Below, piece by piece: positions 17,339-27,703 of a stretch of 32,000 bases of DNA. Positions within the stretch are counted from its first letter, which is position 1; the number at the start of each line of letters is the position of its first letter. The notes beneath the pieces are model-generated. The model was not told the origin of the DNA. It saw only the letters and a program-made list of their open reading frames with translations, and searched no databases. The DNA is from Verrucomicrobia bacterium UBA3869 (GTDB lineage Bacteria > Verrucomicrobiota > Verrucomicrobiia > Opitutales > UBA9783): contig DGGR01000022.1 of assembly GCA_002392285.1 (NCBI GenBank), positions 1-32,000 on the forward strand, written 5' to 3'. Position numbers and translations under genes: made by a program.

Positions 17339-18322
17339 ATGAACAACAGGTCTGAACAGGTTAAGACGTTTTTAACTTCCATTGCTACCATGAATGTATG
17401 GGTAGTCGGTGATGGGATGTTGGATCATTACATTTGGGGTAATGTTCATCGTATTTCGCCGGAAGCACCGGTCCCAGTGGTAGCTATCGAAAAAGATACT
17501 TATCGTTTGGGCGGTGCTTGTAATGTGGCTTTAAATCTACAGAAATTGGGTGCGTCGGTAAGGTTTTTTGGACCAATTGGCGCAGATGACGCGGGGCAGA
17601 TGATGCAGCAATTATTAACGGACAATCACATCCATTATCCCTCAACGGATGCGTCATCAACGGCATCGACGATTGTAAAAACTCGGGTTATTGCGCGCAA
17701 TCAGCAGCTGTTTCGCTTAGACCGAGAGAAAGTATTTACGCCCGATCAAGTGCGTTATTTGGAGCATCAAATCGAACAGGGATTAGCAACCGAACAGGTG
17801 ACAGCGGTGATTGTTTCAGATTACGCTAAAGGGAGTGTTACCCAGTCCTTATTGAATAAGCTGGGTGAGCTCAAACAAAAATACGGATTTTTCTTAGCCA
17901 TTGACCCGAAACCTGGACATGGATTGAATTATAGCGGTGCAGATTTGTTAAAGCCTAATCAGGCGGAAGCACGGCAATTAGCCAAGCTTGAAGCTTCCGA
18001 TGCACCCTTAACGGCAATTGCTCAAGCGATTTTGCATACCCATCGTGTACGTTATTTAGCGGTTACCTTGGGAGAAGATGGCTTAGCTATCATTCATGAA
18101 TCAGGGAAAATGGATATCATTCCAACGGTTACCAAAGAAGTTTTTGATGTTTCGGGTGCCGGTGATACTGCTTTGGTTGCGTTAACGGCCGCATTTTGTG
18201 CCAAAGCTACTCCAGAGGAAGCCGGTTGGTTTGCCAATCTTTTATCGGGGTTGGTGATCAAAAAAGTAGGTACTGCGAGTACAACCCCAGAGGAAATTCT
18301 AAACGCTGCTTCTAAAGCGTAA
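17339..18322 (+). CDS. hldA: D-glycero-beta-D-manno-heptose-7-phosphate kinase (RfaE domain I type, PfkB family; monofunctional)
   Basis: VVGDGMLDHYIWGNVHRISPEAPVPVV, GGACNVALNLQKLGA, RNQQLFRLDRE and C-terminal DVSGAGDT closely parallel the kinase half of E. coli HldE. No adenylyltransferase domain is present. The track start at 17336 is TTG; the adjacent ATG at 17339 is preferred. Confidence 0.85.
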   Translation: MNNRSEQVKTFLTSIATMNVWVVGDGMLDHYIWGNVHRISPEAPVPVVAIEKDTYRLGGACNVALNLQKLGASVRFFGPIGADDAGQMMQQLLTDNHIHYPSTDASSTASTIVKTRVIARNQQLFRLDREKVFTPDQVRYLEHQIEQGLATEQVTAVIVSDYAKGSVTQSLLNKLGELKQKYGFFLAIDPKPGHGLNYSGADLLKPNQAEARQLAKLEASDAPLTAIAQAILHTHRVRYLAVTLGEDGLAIIHESGKMDIIPTVTKEVFDVSGAGDTALVALTAAFCAKATPEEAGWFANLLSGLVIKKVGTASTTPEEILNAASKA

Positions 18323-18324
18323 GG

Positions 18325-19572
18325 TTAAAGCGTTGTTTCTCCTTGAAGCTCAGCTTTTTCTTTAAAAAAGCGAGCAACGCAAGCCGTTGTAATGATGAGC
18401 ATGACGGGAATAATGCTTAACCCAAGGCGGTAAGATTCGCTTAGAGTATAGGTTGAAGAAACCCCATCAATAATCCAGCCCACAATGGGTTGTCCTAATC
18501 CACAGACCGTCATACAAAGCATGTTGGTGAAGGAGATGGAACTGGCCCCCATATGGCTTGGATTCAGGTTAGCGCAGGCGACAAACCCCACCACTTGTCC
18601 TCCGCAGCTGACTCCTAATGCGGCAATTAAAATGGCTATCGAAATGAATTGTTGGGGAGGGAACCAAAGTAAGGCAGCAAACAGGAGGGTTGCTGCTATA
18701 CCGCTAACAACGAGCGGTGTTTTCCTGGATTGCAAGCGATCGGAAATCCAACCGATCGTAGGAGCCGCGATAGCCCAGCTTATGTTAAGGATGGATACCA
18801 ACTGAGATGCTTCTAGTTGAGAGAAGTGGCATATTTGAGTGAAGTAGGGAATCCCCCATAAGTCTGCAAAGATGGCAAAGGGTGAAAATAAAGCCCCTGT
18901 TAATAAGCCGATGAGCCAGGTGTGTTTTTGTTTTGCTAAGTACCATAGGCGCATACGAACCGCTTGCCAGGTACTTTCAAAAATTTGTGTTGGTTTGTCG
19001 TGCGGAATGAAGCAATACAGAAGGAAAAGGACGAGCAATCCGAATCCAAAAGCAAGCAGCCAAACGTTCGTATAAGTTGTAGATAGGGCTGACAAAGAGG
19101 TTTGTGCTGTGACAGCGCCTACAATCCCCAAGGTACTGGTTAATCCGGATAGCATTGCTAAGCGTTTCGGTGGGAATAGGGTTGTGCATAGATACATGAT
19201 ACCCACGAAACCGAATGCGGATGCAAAGCCCATTCCAAAACGCCCGATTCCTAAAAACATGAGGGGTTCTATGGGAATGAGTGGTAACAAGCAACTGACC
19301 GCTAAAATTCCGCTGTTCAGCAAAAATAGTTTACGGCCACCAAAGCTGTCGAACAAAGGCCCTACCAGTAACTGCATAGGAGAATAAATCAAAAAGTAGA
19401 TGCTAGCGGCAGCCGCGATTTGCGACATAGAGGCGTTTAGGGGCGATTCAGCAGTCCGATTTAAAATGCTAGGGATAACACGTACAAAGTATTCATATAA
19501 ATAAAAGAGAGAACCAATGCCCCAGATAAAATAAGTGTAAAAGCTGCCTTTTTTCATATCTTTTTTCAGCAT
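18325..19572 (-). CDS. MFS transporter (substrate unknown)
   Basis: 415 aa with about 12 hydrophobic segments and an MFS motif-A-like GPLFDSFGGRK after TM2. Confidence 0.7.
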   Translation of the reverse strand: MLKKDMKKGSFYTYFIWGIGSLFYLYEYFVRVIPSILNRTAESPLNASMSQIAAAASIYFLIYSPMQLLVGPLFDSFGGRKLFLLNSGILAVSCLLPLIPIEPLMFLGIGRFGMGFASAFGFVGIMYLCTTLFPPKRLAMLSGLTSTLGIVGAVTAQTSLSALSTTYTNVWLLAFGFGLLVLFLLYCFIPHDKPTQIFESTWQAVRMRLWYLAKQKHTWLIGLLTGALFSPFAIFADLWGIPYFTQICHFSQLEASQLVSILNISWAIAAPTIGWISDRLQSRKTPLVVSGIAATLLFAALLWFPPQQFISIAILIAALGVSCGGQVVGFVACANLNPSHMGASSISFTNMLCMTVCGLGQPIVGWIIDGVSSTYTLSESYRLGLSIIPVMLIITTACVARFFKEKAELQGETTL

Positions 19573-19601
19573 AATGCATTGAACGTAGGTTGCAACGTAT
19601 T

Positions 19602-21888
<2,287 letters not shown>

Positions 21889-21942
21889 TTAACGCCCCTG
21901 TTCTTAAAAACATTGAGTTGTTTAGCGTACTGCAATTTTATA

Positions 21943-22017
21943 TGGCACCCTGTAGGAGAATCGAACTCCTATTGTCGAGATGAGAACCCGATGTCCTGGC
22001 CGTTAGACGAACAGGGC
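21943..22017 (-). tRNA. tRNA-Glu (anticodon CUC), CCA encoded
   Basis: Hand-folded from the reverse complement: GCCCUGU-UC-GUCU-AACGGCCA-GGAC-A-UCGGG-UUCUCAU-CUCGA-CAAU-AGGAG-UUCGAUU-CUCCU-ACAGGGU-G-CCA. This is a 75-nt cloverleaf with a T-loop UUCGAUU and a D-arm typical of tRNA-Glu. Confidence 0.9.
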
Positions 22018-22137
22018 AGCTTTATAAGTATTAGAAAAAGTTTTTATGACCCGAGCTGCAAGCCTTTTTGCTTAAGTTTGCAGGTAGATTGTAGGACGAG
22101 GCAAGAGGTTGCATCATCAATAGCTAAGGAATAGGGC

Positions 22138-22174
22138 AACAAAAAACGCATGCAGCTTGCATGCGTTTTTTGTT
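22138..22174 (-). terminator. rho-independent terminator downstream of the OMP gene (perfect palindrome, bidirectional in form)
   Basis: aacaaaaaacgcatgc-agctt-gcatgcgttttttgtt. The GC core stem is cgcatgc/gcatgcg with a 5-nt loop, flanked by A6 and T6, so a U-tract follows on either strand. It lies 23 nt after the OMP stop. Confidence 0.75.
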
Positions 22175-22196
22175 ATTTCTTTAACAGTTAGTTGGA

Positions 22197-22964
22197 TTAG
22201 AACTGTAATCCAGCGCCGATAAAGAATTGATCTGATTTTAGATTGGCTTGTTTATCCCAATCGTAAGTCCACATGCGGGACTTTCCGATTTGCTTGGTAG
22301 CTACATGACGATAACCGAAGTCAAACAAGATTGCCTGCCAGTTGATACGTCCGAAAATCATGAAGTTATACATCATCATTCCGGCGTGTAGGTAGCGAGA
22401 ACCTGGTTTTGGTTGTTTGTCTGCTGGTACGTTGTCCCATTGTATAGTTGTGAGCTTTGTTGCGGCATATCCACCACCGATACCACCACCGATACATACA
22501 GATGCCCAATCCAATAGGTACTGCTCATAGGTCAAGTTAACCATTGCGCCTATCATACGGATGTTTTTAGGAGCTATATGTAGCTGCCTTGTGTTTAGGT
22601 AGTCAGGTACCTCCAAATCCTTTAAGATCTCCCGCATGGTCGCTTCGGGCACCGCTATTGGCTGATCTTTTTTGAATTTAGCATAAGCACCCATGATTTC
22701 GAAATCGATATTGATACCTGCGAAGTTCCAAATATCATACATCGTACCGAAAGCAATCGATAGATTCTTATGTTTGGTGTATTCAAGTTTGCCGGCTTTG
22801 TCCAATAGATCTTGAATCCCTTTCTGATTACAGCTTAAGCTGTCCTGAGCTTTGAGGGAGCCAAATCCACTACGCACCATTACGTAATGTCCTACGCTAT
22901 CGTAAGCGAACAATGCGCTGCTGGATACAGCACCGCACAACGCCATTAATAATTTTTTATTCAT
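22197..22964 (-). CDS. small outer-membrane beta-barrel protein (family not assignable)
   Basis: 255 aa. Signal peptide MNKKLLMALCGAVSSSALFA, alternating aromatic/glycine-rich strands (GGGIGGGY), and a C-terminal aromatic signature ...FFIGAGLQF typical of BAM substrates. Confidence 0.6.
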   Translation of the reverse strand: MNKKLLMALCGAVSSSALFAYDSVGHYVMVRSGFGSLKAQDSLSCNQKGIQDLLDKAGKLEYTKHKNLSIAFGTMYDIWNFAGINIDFEIMGAYAKFKKDQPIAVPEATMREILKDLEVPDYLNTRQLHIAPKNIRMIGAMVNLTYEQYLLDWASVCIGGGIGGGYAATKLTTIQWDNVPADKQPKPGSRYLHAGMMMYNFMIFGRINWQAILFDFGYRHVATKQIGKSRMWTYDWDKQANLKSDQFFIGAGLQF

Positions 22965-23042
22965 TTTTTATTCCTTTTTGAAAAGTTTTTAGTAAAAATT
23001 TGTTTTGTCAAGGTTTTTTGTTCGAGAATTTAAATAAATATA

Positions 23043-24524
23043 CTAAACTTTAAATAAAGCATTGAGTTTTGTCAATGTCTTTTTTGCATCTCCATAGATC
23101 ATCCGAACGGAATCCTTTGTGAACAGAGCGTTTTCTAGGCCGGAATAGCCGCTGCCGGAACCGCGTTTGAGGACTAATACTGTTTTGGCCTTAGCCACTT
23201 CTAAAATGGGCATGCCGTACAAAGGTGAATTGGGGTTATCGACCGCATCGGAATTAACCACATCGTTTGCTCCGACCACAATTACCACATCGGTATTGGG
23301 GAAGCGTTCGTTGGCGGCCTCTAATTCGATTAGTTGGTCATAATCCACATTGGCTTCTGCCAATAAAACATTCATGTGACCGGGCATACGTCCCGCTACA
23401 GGATGGATAGCAAAGAACACTTCGGTACCCCGATCCATCAATTTTTGAGCAAAATCCTTAAGAGCGTGTTGTGCTTGAGATACGGCGAGGCCATAACCAG
23501 GGACGATTCCGATCGTGCGAGCCGCTTCAATCGGATAATACGCATCTTCGATGGATAATTCTTTGGGGGTCTTATGGCTGCTCAATTGCGCTTTGGTGGC
23601 TGTTGTTTTGAACCCTCCTAGTAATACTTTCAGGATTGAACGGTTCATGGCCTTGCACATGATAACCGTTAAAATAAGGCCGCTGGTTCCTACCAAACAA
23701 CCGGCAACAATCAGGACTTTATTCAAGGAAATGAGCCCTGCCGCACAGGCTGCCAATCCCGAAAGGCTATTGAGAAGGGAGATGATCACCGGCATGTCAC
23801 CCCCTCCGATATGCAGGGTCCATAGAATTCCTGCGACCAAGCACCAAATAATAACGCCTATAAAGGGTGCCATGGTATCCCCATAAGCATAGGTTAAGGA
23901 GCGAGGCCCTAACCAACGATAAGAGCCAGCAATCAGCCCTATCAATAAGATAATATCCACGGCGCGTTGACCGGGGAAGGTGATCGATGTGCTGGGGAGC
24001 TTGCGGCTAAGCTTACCGTAGGCTATTAAACTACCCGTGAACGTAATACCTCCGATAATCACTGCCAACACAATAGCGATTTGTTCAAAATAAAGAGCGG
24101 GGCTATAAGGAGCTTGCGACCAGGATAATTGGTTATTTATAAACTGATAGATCAATTGAATGGTTGTCCTTCGGCTAGCAAAGTATTCTGCAGGTAATGG
24201 GCGCATCAACTTGAGGCCTTCCACGATACCGATAGCCCAGCTGGCTAATCCACCAAAGCCGTTAAATAGGGCGACCAGTTCGGGCATAGCGGTCATCTGA
24301 ACTTTAATCGATAGGATGAAGCCTAAAAGCGCTCCCATTAATACGGTAAGGGATAACCAAAACGGATGGGGTACAGGGTAAGTGTACAAAGTTACGCCGA
24401 TAGCGATTCCCATGCCGATAGCAGAAATAAGATTGCCTTGGCGCGCGCTTGAAGCCTTTCCCATTTGCTTAATGCCGGTAATGAGTAAAATAGCAGCCAA
24501 AATGTAACCGCAATCAGCAATCAT
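23043..24524 (-). CDS. pntB: NAD(P) transhydrogenase subunit beta (dII-dIII)
   Basis: 493 aa. N-terminal membrane domain (ILLITGIKQMGKASSARQGN), GGGDMPVIISLLNSLSG, and C-terminal NADP(H) domain PGYGLAVSQAQH, IHPVAGRMPGHMNVLLAEA, VVGANDVVN. Confidence 0.9.
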   Translation of the reverse strand: MIADCGYILAAILLITGIKQMGKASSARQGNLISAIGMGIAIGVTLYTYPVPHPFWLSLTVLMGALLGFILSIKVQMTAMPELVALFNGFGGLASWAIGIVEGLKLMRPLPAEYFASRRTTIQLIYQFINNQLSWSQAPYSPALYFEQIAIVLAVIIGGITFTGSLIAYGKLSRKLPSTSITFPGQRAVDIILLIGLIAGSYRWLGPRSLTYAYGDTMAPFIGVIIWCLVAGILWTLHIGGGDMPVIISLLNSLSGLAACAAGLISLNKVLIVAGCLVGTSGLILTVIMCKAMNRSILKVLLGGFKTTATKAQLSSHKTPKELSIEDAYYPIEAARTIGIVPGYGLAVSQAQHALKDFAQKLMDRGTEVFFAIHPVAGRMPGHMNVLLAEANVDYDQLIELEAANERFPNTDVVIVVGANDVVNSDAVDNPNSPLYGMPILEVAKAKTVLVLKRGSGSGYSGLENALFTKDSVRMIYGDAKKTLTKLNALFKV

Positions 24525-24811
24525 CGATTTTCCTTATCTTTTGCATGAAACATTTTAAGCATGCGATCGGTTACCGCATAACCGCCTACAATATTTAAGG
24601 TTGCAAAAAAGATACCGCTATAAGCTAAGACCATTGTAATGCCATCGGTAGTGCGCGACAGGGCGATCAAGGCGCCTATGAGGGTAATGCCTGAAATCGC
24701 GTTGGTTCCGGACATTAAAGGGGTATGAAGCTGAGAGGGAACCTTTGTGATAAGCTCAAGCCCCAGCCAACTTGCTAAAACAATACAAATACCTAACCAA
24801 CCGTATTCCAT
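24521..24811 (-). CDS. pntAB: NAD(P) transhydrogenase subunit alpha part 2 (membrane piece, PntAB)
   Basis: 96 aa with 3 TM segments. VPSQLHTPLMSGTNAISGITLIGAL and NIVGGYAVTDRMLKMF match the alpha-2 subunit. The stop overlaps the pntB start (ATGA). Confidence 0.85.
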   Translation of the reverse strand: MEYGWLGICIVLASWLGLELITKVPSQLHTPLMSGTNAISGITLIGALIALSRTTDGITMVLAYSGIFFATLNIVGGYAVTDRMLKMFHAKDKENR

Positions 24812-25060
24812 TAAAAAACATACAAAACGCTTTTAAGCTTTTTGTAAATAAAATGTATTTTACTTTATTTGCTTATTGGTTGCTGATGCTGTGTTCTTCT
24901 GTTCAGAAGAAAGGTGGTTTTTGCTTGCTTTAACCTATCCTTTAAAACCTCTACGGCACCAATTTTTTCTGATGAATGTTCTTCCGTGAGCATTTTAAGA
25001 ATTTAAAATGCTAGGCATATTAGCCTAATATATATATAAGGAAATAAAATTTTGCAAAGC

Positions 25061-25759
25061 TTACTGCACTGGTGGCAGAGGGGTTGGTTCTTGTTCGCCG
25101 GATAATACTGCGTAGGGGATACCGCAATCTCCCAGTTTTACGATTTGACGTGCCATATGCTTAAGTGTCCAGCGATGACTGATGAAATTGGTTGCGTTGA
25201 AAAACAGCAGTTTTAGGTCGACGGTAAATGAACGGTGTTCTAAGTAAAATAGAGATAAGCGGGAACGTATGGGTTTGCAGATCTGATGAAAGGCTTGCTC
25301 GGGGTTATCGTGTTGGGCTAAGAAACGTCCCATGCGCGACAAGAAAATAGATGCAAAATCGGATATACCAGGGGTTAAACGCATTACCTGCTTTTCTTTT
25401 GCACTATAGGTTTTCCATTCGCTAAATACTACGGGTCGCGGTCCTATTAATAACATATCGCCTTTAATGACATTAATTAATTGTAAAAACTCATCAATTT
25501 TAAAGCGCCGAAATATCCGACCCACCAAGGTGATTTCAGGGGAATTGGAAGGAACGGTGATGTGCGAAGAACGAACCCGCATAGTACGCATTTTAAACAT
25601 GAGGAAGGGTTTTCCGTCCTTGCCGATTCGCGTGTGGATAAACAGCGGGTGTTTGAAGTCGCTAATCCACATAATGCCGAAGGCAATGATCAAAACGGGC
25701 GTTAAGAGGAGCAACAATACTGCTGCTAATACTCGTTGTGTATAATCCCAAAGTGCCAT
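25061..25759 (-). CDS. polyprenyl-phosphate sugar-1-phosphate transferase (bacterial sugar transferase family, small PGT)
   Basis: Hallmark motifs PLFIHTRIGKDGKPFLMFKMRTM and DEFLQLINVIKGDMLLIGPRP. The ORF track extends to a TTG at 25858. I prefer ATG 25759 (MALWDYTQRV..., 232 aa, the usual size), which has TTGCCA-17 nt-TTTTAT (25801-25773, minus strand) just upstream. Confidence 0.85.
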   Translation of the reverse strand: MALWDYTQRVLAAVLLLLLTPVLIIAFGIMWISDFKHPLFIHTRIGKDGKPFLMFKMRTMRVRSSHITVPSNSPEITLVGRIFRRFKIDEFLQLINVIKGDMLLIGPRPVVFSEWKTYSAKEKQVMRLTPGISDFASIFLSRMGRFLAQHDNPEQAFHQICKPIRSRLSLFYLEHRSFTVDLKLLFFNATNFISHRWTLKHMARQIVKLGDCGIPYAVLSGEQEPTPLPPVQ

Positions 25760-25889
25760 GAATACTGGTTCTATAAAAGGGATTTGATGAGCGGGTGGCA
25801 ATCTTAAAAATCTATCTGTTTTTGAAAAAATGGGTAAATAAGGGGTTGAAAACGGCAATAAATGTAGAATATACTTGAATATATCCGTA

Positions 25890-25898
25890 TGATATAAT
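25890..25898 (+). promoter_or_regulatory. extended -10 promoter element (TGATATAAT) upstream of the HU gene
   Basis: Exact match to the extended -10 consensus TGnTATAAT, in the divergent intergenic region about 115 nt upstream of ATG 26012. There is no good -35, which extended -10 promoters do not require. Confidence 0.35.
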
Positions 25899-25959
25899 GT
25901 ACTAAGGCAGTCAATAAGGCATATGAGCGTTTATGAAAGGCTTGCAATTAAGATTTTAT

Positions 25960-25990
25960 TTGACTTTAGTTTATTAAACTAACCTATTAT
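25960..25990 (+). promoter_or_regulatory. second candidate sigma-70 promoter for the HU gene
   Basis: TTGACT (25960-25965), a 19-nt spacer, then TATTAT (25985-25990), 21 nt before the ATG. Both hexamers are 5/6 matches, but the spacer is at the long limit. Confidence 0.3.
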
Positions 25991-26011
25991 TTTACTTTAA
26001 ATAGAAATATT

Positions 26012-26302
26012 ATGAATAAAGCAGAATTAATTAATGAAATCCAAAAAGAAGTCAGCAAGGGTGGAAATGAAGTTTCCAAAGCTTGCATCGAACGCTTCTT
26101 GGGAGCAACCCTAAATGCAATTATGAAGGGTACAAAAAAAGATGGTTCCGTCCAATTAATTGGTTTTGGAACTTTCAAGACAAAGCAATTAAAAGCGCGT
26201 AATGGCGTTAATCCGCAAACTGGAAAACCCCTGCACATTCCAGCTCGTAAATCTGTTGGATTCAGCGCAAGCAGCGTTTTCAAGGATCTTTGCAAGAAAT
26301 AA
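26012..26302 (+). CDS. hup: HU/IHF-family DNA-binding protein
   Basis: 96 aa. MNKAELINEI..., GFGTFKTKQLKARNGVNPQTGKPLHIPARKSVGF (beta-arm with conserved Pro). Confidence 0.9.
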   Translation: MNKAELINEIQKEVSKGGNEVSKACIERFLGATLNAIMKGTKKDGSVQLIGFGTFKTKQLKARNGVNPQTGKPLHIPARKSVGFSASSVFKDLCKK

Positions 26303-26336
26303 GTATTATATTACACGCATCTAGCATTTAACTGTT

Positions 26337-26537
26337 ATGTTTATCGATCCCGAGTTGATGGAAAAAGCTCTTGCTGCTATTGGCGGCAATAAGAATGTGT
26401 TAATCAATATGGTATCGCATCGGGTTAAGCAGTTAGAGCGTGGGGCAGATCCTCAAGTACATTCTTTAAAGAAGCTGACACTTGAGGATATTGCCTTGCT
26501 GGAAATTATTGAGCATAAAATTCAGGCAGATTATTAA
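26337..26537 (+). CDS. rpoZ: RNA polymerase omega subunit (probable)
   Basis: 66 aa. GGNKNVLINMVSHRVKQLERGADPQV...LTLEDIALLEIIEHKI parallels the RpoZ core (NRF.LV..AA.RARQL..G..P....K....AL.EI..G.I). Divergent sequence, so moderate confidence. Confidence 0.6.
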   Translation: MFIDPELMEKALAAIGGNKNVLINMVSHRVKQLERGADPQVHSLKKLTLEDIALLEIIEHKIQADY

Positions 26538-26539
26538 TC

Positions 26540-27007
26540 ATGTCTGCAGGTGCATCGGTTGCTGTTTGCAATCGTAAATTAGCGCACGATTTTTTCATCG
26601 GAAAAGTTTTTGAAGCTGGTATTGTCCTTAAGGGGTCGGAGATAAAATCGATACGGAGTGGTGCGGCTACTCTCGACGGTTCTTTTATCCACTTGGATCG
26701 CTATGGTCGGCCCGTATGGATCAATGCTCATATCGGCCCGTATACATTCGACACCGAAGGTTCTTTTAACCCAACACGTTCGCGTTTTCTCCTGCTGCAT
26801 AAAAAAGAAATTGATGAATTGCGTGGGGCGGTAGAACGTAAAGGGGAGAGTATTTTCCCCGTTAAATTATACTTCGCGCATGGATTGGTTAAGCTGCAGA
26901 TTGCGATTTGCAAGGCAAAAAAGCTGCACGATAAGCGTCAGGATTTAAAAAAGCGGGTCGAAGAACGGGAAATGGCGCGTAGTGTACGCTCAAGACGCGC
27001 GCGGTAA
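26540..27007 (+). CDS. smpB: SsrA-binding protein SmpB
   Basis: 155 aa. NRKLAHDFFI...FEAGIVLKGSEIKSIRSG, HIGPY, RSRFLLLHKKEI, and a basic C-terminal tail KKLHDKRQDLKKR. Confidence 0.9.
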   Translation: MSAGASVAVCNRKLAHDFFIGKVFEAGIVLKGSEIKSIRSGAATLDGSFIHLDRYGRPVWINAHIGPYTFDTEGSFNPTRSRFLLLHKKEIDELRGAVERKGESIFPVKLYFAHGLVKLQIAICKAKKLHDKRQDLKKRVEEREMARSVRSRRAR

Positions 27008-27048
27008 GTTATTGGTGGTTTGTAAGCGTTTTTGTCTGCCCTGAAGCG

Positions 27049-27630
27049 ATGAGTAGTGCATCCGAAAGTCCGCAGAATGTTTTAGTGGGTTATGATCGAT
27101 CCCGGTTCCGGCAATGGTTGAGCCGGCATGTAGACAGCGAAAATGAGTGTTGGGTGCGTTTGAAGCGCGGGAAACCCATTCCGGGGGTATTTAATTATCT
27201 GGATGCCGTGGAAGAAGCGCTTTGTTTTGGTTGGATCGATAGCGTATGTAAAGTTTTTCCTGAATATGGGTGTTTGCAAAGGTTTAGTCCACGGGTTGGG
27301 AAAAGCCATTGGACGGAATTGAATAAGGCTAGGGTTCAGCGTTTGGAACGCTTAGGGTTGATGACCGATGCCGGCCGAGCAGTTTTTCCTAACGAAGTAT
27401 TCCGCATCCAAAACGATTTGCAGAAGCTGCTCCAGGAGGATCCAGATTTGGCTCAAAAATTTTACGCCTTTCCAAAGCTCTATCAACGCGTACGCTTGGA
27501 TTCCATTCAGTATCAGCAAGGGCATCCGGAAGTATACGAGCGCATGAAGGCCAATTTTATTCGCTATACCCAGCAAGGCCGGATGTATGGCCAATGGAAT
27601 GATTGGGGGCGTTTGACTGACCCAGGGTAA
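27049..27630 (+). CDS. YdeI/OmpD-associated family protein (function unknown)
   Basis: 193 aa. FRQWLSRH....CWVRL.K and YLDAVEEALCFGWIDS....F.PR...S.W(T) match the YdeI-type pattern as I recall it. Confidence 0.6.
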   Translation: MSSASESPQNVLVGYDRSRFRQWLSRHVDSENECWVRLKRGKPIPGVFNYLDAVEEALCFGWIDSVCKVFPEYGCLQRFSPRVGKSHWTELNKARVQRLERLGLMTDAGRAVFPNEVFRIQNDLQKLLQEDPDLAQKFYAFPKLYQRVRLDSIQYQQGHPEVYERMKANFIRYTQQGRMYGQWNDWGRLTDPG

Positions 27631-27687
27631 TTCTGATTGCTTTGACTTACGTAATCGGTTGTGATTAATAACAAAAGTGTCTTAAAT

Positions 27688-27694
27688 GAGGAGG
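27688..27694 (+). promoter_or_regulatory. Shine-Dalgarno sequence of glyA
   Basis: GAGGAGG lies 9 nt upstream of ATG 27704. It is the strongest SD in the window. Confidence 0.6.
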
Positions 27695-27703
27695 TAGTAC
27701 GAT

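Noticed and set aside
18320-18327. The convergent genes hldA and the MFS transporter are separated by only 2 bp between their stop codons, with no room for terminators.
   Set aside because: This is a real observation but common in compact genomes. It implies transcriptional read-through or antisense overlap, and nothing system-like.
24990-25038. Two tandem hairpins plus an (AT)5 tract downstream of the sugar-transferase stop, considered as an intrinsic terminator or a repeat element.
   Set aside because: The stems are AT-rich or short and are not followed by a U-tract on the transcribed (minus) strand. (AT)5 is simple low complexity, and I noticed no second copy elsewhere in the window.
27631-27703. 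A possible riboswitch (for example ZTP/pfl or THF class) in the glyA leader.
   Set aside because: The leader is only 73 nt and lacks the conserved ZTP core motifs, and most of it is AT-rich linker plus the SD. It is too short for the known folate or ZTP aptamers.
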